64,000 nt of DNA from Candidatus Levyibacteriota bacterium (GTDB lineage Bacteria > Patescibacteriota > Microgenomatia > Levybacterales > UBA12049). The DNA lies in NCBI GenBank assembly GCA_963790825.1, contig CAWBPM010000002.1, positions 359,159 to 423,158 on the forward strand, written 5' to 3'. Below the pieces are notes generated by a model. It had not been told where the DNA came from, did no database searches, and worked only from the letters and a program-made list of their open reading frames with translations. Positions 60,712-64,000 of the stretch are shown in pieces (the stretch's first letter is position 1; each line of letters starts with the position of its first letter). Position numbers and translations under genes: made by a program.

Positions 60712-61218
60712 ATGGATCAAGCTGCTTTTCCGCAACAAAAAAAATTGCGTGTCGGTTGGTTTTCATTTACCTGTTGTGAAGACAGTACCATTTTATTTAC
60801 TGAACTTTTAAATGATCATTTTGACGAATGGAAAAAGTTAGTCGATTTTAAATATATTCATCAATTGAAATCAACCAATGATCCGACCAATCTGGACGTA
60901 GCGTTTATAGAAGGCGCGCTTTCTTCAGTAATGCAGGAACAGAAAGTTCTGAAAATTCGTGAACAGGCCAAATATGTGGTTGCAGTTGGCGCTTGTGCAT
61001 GTACCGGACTTCCGTCCGCTACCAGAAATTCTTTCGTTCCGGAACAAATTACGCAGAGAATTGAAGAATATATGAAAACATTTAATTATAATCAGAAAGT
61101 AAAAAAACTTGATGAGGTAATTCGTGTTGATGATATGGTTTACGGGTGTCCGATGAATGTGCAAACTTTTCAAGCAGTTTTGGAAAAATATTTAAAACTT
61201 TTTCAGATAATTCCGTAA
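60712..61218 (+). CDS. NiFe-hydrogenase small (delta) subunit-like, proximal-cluster domain only
   Basis: FTCCEDS, DVAFIEG, VGACACTG, VDDMVYGCP. Confidence 0.88.
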   Translation: MDQAAFPQQKKLRVGWFSFTCCEDSTILFTELLNDHFDEWKKLVDFKYIHQLKSTNDPTNLDVAFIEGALSSVMQEQKVLKIREQAKYVVAVGACACTGLPSATRNSFVPEQITQRIEEYMKTFNYNQKVKKLDEVIRVDDMVYGCPMNVQTFQAVLEKYLKLFQIIP

Positions 61219-61231
61219 TAAAAATAACCAT

Positions 61232-62536
61232 ATGCATTCCGGGGAAATTACAATCGAAAACATTAGCAAAATTGAAGGTTCTGCGGGACTCAAAGTAGTG
61301 ATTGAAGAAGGTACGGTCAAAGACTGTAAATTTATTATCCAGGACTACCGGAGATTTTATACTGACGCCGTAAAAGGAAAACCGCTGGTCGCAGTTCCTT
61401 CTTTCTTGTCCCGCATTTGCGGAACCTGTTCGGTTGCACATTTATTTGCCTGTATTAAGGCAATTGAGCGGTCTCAGGGAATTGAGGTTTCTGGGCAGTC
61501 AAAACTACTTCGTCGGCTGGCTTATGACGGACTGATGATTCGTGATCATGCTTTGCATTTATACTTTTTTGTATTGCCGGATATTCTCGGTGTTGATTCG
61601 ATATTGGATATACCGGATGATGATAACAACATGGGTCATCAGCTTCTCCACGACTCGTTTGACATCAAACGAATCGGTACGGATATTACCAATGTTATTA
61701 TCGGCACTGCAATTCATGCTCCGATTCCGACAGTTGGCGGATTTTTAAGAAACCCTGATCCGACGAAATTTCCCGATCTTGTTACCCGTCTTGAAACAGT
61801 ACGTTTACAAGTAATACGTGGAATTAAAACTTTTTTTGATTGGAAAGAAACTCTCGTCAGAAATTCTGATTACATGTATTTGCGAAGTGACAAACAATAT
61901 GATTTTTTAGATGGTGATATTTGTACCTCGTCCGGAAAACGAGCAACTAACACGGAGTTTCTCAGTTTCCTGGAAAAAGTAATTATTCCTTATTCACAGT
62001 CTGAGGGATATACGATGTCCGATACACACAAAGATTATCTGGTCGGCGCTTTAGCCCGAATAAATTTTAATCAGGATCTGCTTCATCCCCGCACAAAACA
62101 AGACGCCGCAGCATTTCTTACTGCTTTTCCCTCGCATAATATTCATCACAATAATCTGGCGCAAGCTATCGAGGTGCTCCAATGCGTAGATGATGCCATA
62201 GATATTCTCAAAACAATTAAAATTAATCCGGAAGAAAAACCGGTGAAATATTCGCCAGTTGCCGGAATTGGCGTCGGCGTAGTCGAAGCACCGCGGGGAA
62301 TCTTATATCACATGGCAAAAGTAAACGCCCAAGGATTAGTAGAAGATTATGACGTAATTGTTCCGACTGCCCAAAATCAAATTACGATTGAGAACGACTT
62401 AAAAAAATACTTTAACGAAAATTTAGATAAAGATGAGGCGACGATTCATCATGAAGCTGAAAAAATTGTACGGGCTTATGATCCCTGCATGTCTTGCGCA
62501 ACTAACTTTCTCACTATTGATTGGATCCGCTCGTAA
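61232..62536 (+). CDS. NiFe-hydrogenase large subunit, group 3b-like
   Basis: KIEG, SRICGTCSVAH (L1), HALHLY, EAPRG.L.H, VPTAQN, RAYDPCMSCATN (L2). Confidence 0.93.
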   Translation: MHSGEITIENISKIEGSAGLKVVIEEGTVKDCKFIIQDYRRFYTDAVKGKPLVAVPSFLSRICGTCSVAHLFACIKAIERSQGIEVSGQSKLLRRLAYDGLMIRDHALHLYFFVLPDILGVDSILDIPDDDNNMGHQLLHDSFDIKRIGTDITNVIIGTAIHAPIPTVGGFLRNPDPTKFPDLVTRLETVRLQVIRGIKTFFDWKETLVRNSDYMYLRSDKQYDFLDGDICTSSGKRATNTEFLSFLEKVIIPYSQSEGYTMSDTHKDYLVGALARINFNQDLLHPRTKQDAAAFLTAFPSHNIHHNNLAQAIEVLQCVDDAIDILKTIKINPEEKPVKYSPVAGIGVGVVEAPRGILYHMAKVNAQGLVEDYDVIVPTAQNQITIENDLKKYFNENLDKDEATIHHEAEKIVRAYDPCMSCATNFLTIDWIRS

Positions 62537-62877
62537 TTAACTTGCGCATTTTGAGGTACTCCAATAATTGTCACTTTTCCCAATTTATTTAATTTCTTTA
62601 AATACTTTAATTGAAAACCAAGGTCGTAGTCATGCGCGGTTACACTTTTATTTACGGACAATTTGTCAATATCCGCTTCTGTAAGCAAAGTAGCTTCGGA
62701 TAATCCCCGGACAGTGTCAAGCAGTATGACGTGCGCCTGACCGGTAAACGGCAAATCTTGGTTAGGTGGTACGAAAATAAAATTAATCTGAGGGAAAGAC
62801 TTTTACAATTTCCGCGTAACAGTAAATACCGCGTTATCTTCCGGAATATCCTGATTTCCAAAAACATAGATAGTCAT
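62476..62877 (-). pseudogene. Hydrogenase maturation protease-like gene interrupted by an in-frame TAA
   Basis: From ATG 62877: MTIYVFGNQDIPEDN..RKL*KSFPQINF..LLDTV.G...TAHD.DLG..L.....GVP, one frame with the stop at 62805-62803. Confidence 0.75.
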
Positions 62878-62919
62878 ATTCTGTTTATTTTATCATGGAA
62901 AGGTTGTATGATGGGTTCT

Positions 62920-63624
62920 ATGAATTCAAAAGCTTTACAATTCGCATCCAGATTTTCTCTGCCGCCAAATTCGCTGGGATATTGCGGAAAGAATACAGCT
63001 CCGGCTAGATTTAAAGAATGTATTATTGAAGAAAAATGTGAGAGTGTTGCAAAGGAACTCCGGCAGTTTATAGTTCTTAATCCTTATTTAAAAACACTGG
63101 CAAAAATCAGCAAAAAGCCGAGATTTTCTTACGAAGTTATCGAAAGCTATTGGCTGGGAAATGATTTACTGACACTCGCCAAGAGAGAGCATTATGAATT
63201 ACTTCTCGATAATTTCATTAAACAAGGTGTACCTGATTTTTTTGTTGCAGAACTTCAGAAAAAACAACCTCATCAATTTATACCGAATCATTTGTTCCAA
63301 GTGCTTCATGTTGGCGTCGGAAGAGCAAGCGGTGCCGTACCGTTTTCAATTCAAACGATCAATAACTGCATGATACGCTGGGGAAGAGTAAAAAAAATTC
63401 AAAAAGAGCATATTAATGTTGCACTTCATTCGCTGAGAGAGAAAAAGCATGGTTATATGTTAACAAAACGTGTAGAAAATGTTCCATTTGATTCTCTTCT
63501 TGTAGCAAATATACAAATAAATGACATTGTCGCAGTTCACTGGAATATGGTAATAAAAGTTCTAAATGCGAGAGAAGAAAACAATTTGCAATTTTGGACA
63601 GAACAGGTTATTGCATCCATTTAG
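62920..63624 (+). CDS. DUF6390-like protein (hydrogenase-cluster associated)
   Basis: ASRFSLPPNSLGYCG, PYL..LA, VIESYWLGN.LL, C.IRWG.V, VAVHW. Probable start is ATG 62920 (ORF track starts at 62731). Confidence 0.8.
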   Translation: MNSKALQFASRFSLPPNSLGYCGKNTAPARFKECIIEEKCESVAKELRQFIVLNPYLKTLAKISKKPRFSYEVIESYWLGNDLLTLAKREHYELLLDNFIKQGVPDFFVAELQKKQPHQFIPNHLFQVLHVGVGRASGAVPFSIQTINNCMIRWGRVKKIQKEHINVALHSLREKKHGYMLTKRVENVPFDSLLVANIQINDIVAVHWNMVIKVLNAREENNLQFWTEQVIASI

Positions 63625-63665
63625 TAAGAATTATTTAATTTTTCAGTATTGACTATAAGTATACT

Positions 63666-64000
63666 TCACCCAGATCTGTCATTCTGAGGCTTTGCCGAAG
63701 AATCCCATATATTTTTATCTCCTTTCCTGGTTGTTAACCAGAAAATGCTAAGTCCAAAAACCAGCCAAACAGTTTGAGGTGATAAAATCAATGTCCAGGT
63801 GTGTGTGATAAAGATTACTGAAAGAATATTAGTAATAAGTGTTGCGACTGTTAATACTGACGTAACCACAATTGCAGGGGCATATTTGAGCGCCCGATAC
63901 CAACTCATAACGTACCCAAGCAGTAAAAACATAGTGAGGAGAAACCAGAACCACTGCGTTGGGGTTAAAATCATGCTTTTTGCTAAAGCGTGTGGAGCTA
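63666..64000 (-). CDS. DMT/EamA transporter, C-terminal part (start lies beyond the window)
   Basis: WYRALKYAPAIVVTSVL; hydrophobic helices. Confidence 0.75.
   Translation of the reverse strand, partial: APHALAKSMILTPTQWFWFLLTMFLLLGYVMSWYRALKYAPAIVVTSVLTVATLITNILSVIFITHTWTLILSPQTVWLVFGLSIFWLTTRKGDKNIWDSSAKPQNDRSG
63677..63706. repeat. REP-like short element inside the EamA 3' end
   Basis: TGTCATTCTGAGGCTTTGCCGAAGAATCCC; imperfect hairpin ATTCT..GGC-TTT-GCC..AGAAT. Confidence 0.5.

Noticed and set aside
1-64000. Alternative genetic code (TGA = Gly, as in Gracilibacteria/Absconditabacteria)
   Set aside because: Long conserved genes are uninterrupted under code 11, and several end at TGA at the expected length (e.g. 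typA).

Overview
AT-rich bacterial chromosomal window using the standard code (TGA is a stop). Gene content and style suggest a CPR/Patescibacteria genome, probably Microgenomates; this is an inference. Layout: (1) 1-13.6 kb, a surface-polysaccharide locus with a 1577-aa four-module glycosyltransferase/flippase fusion. (2) 13.7-19.1 kb, an operon of three paralogous secreted Asn/Thr/Gly-repeat proteins (one unanchored, one TM-anchored, one with an LPxTG-like tail) behind a YezD/DUF2292-like small gene and two tandem terminator hairpins. This is my best candidate for an undescribed system: a regulated beta-solenoid or amyloid-like surface fibre. (3) 19-40 kb, housekeeping genes (typA, eno, gpmA, UDG, DEAD helicase, hflX), a GT2-GH26 fusion, an IS481 element and two copies of a 104-bp repeat whose hairpin core is inverted between copies. 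(4) 40.7-46.4 kb, integrase-less cassettes bounded by tRNA-Gln 3'-end repeats, plus a GIY-YIG gene between a duplicated tRNA 5' half and the intact tRNA. (5) An efflux operon, an IS256-like element at tRNA-Phe, and a mucin-like protein opposite a degenerate sortase-like gene. (6) A divergent group 3b-like NiFe-hydrogenase cluster whose protease-like gene carries a nonsense codon and overlaps the large-subunit L2 motif antisense. Four tRNAs were found (Gln, Gly, Phe, Val). No rRNA or CRISPR array was seen.
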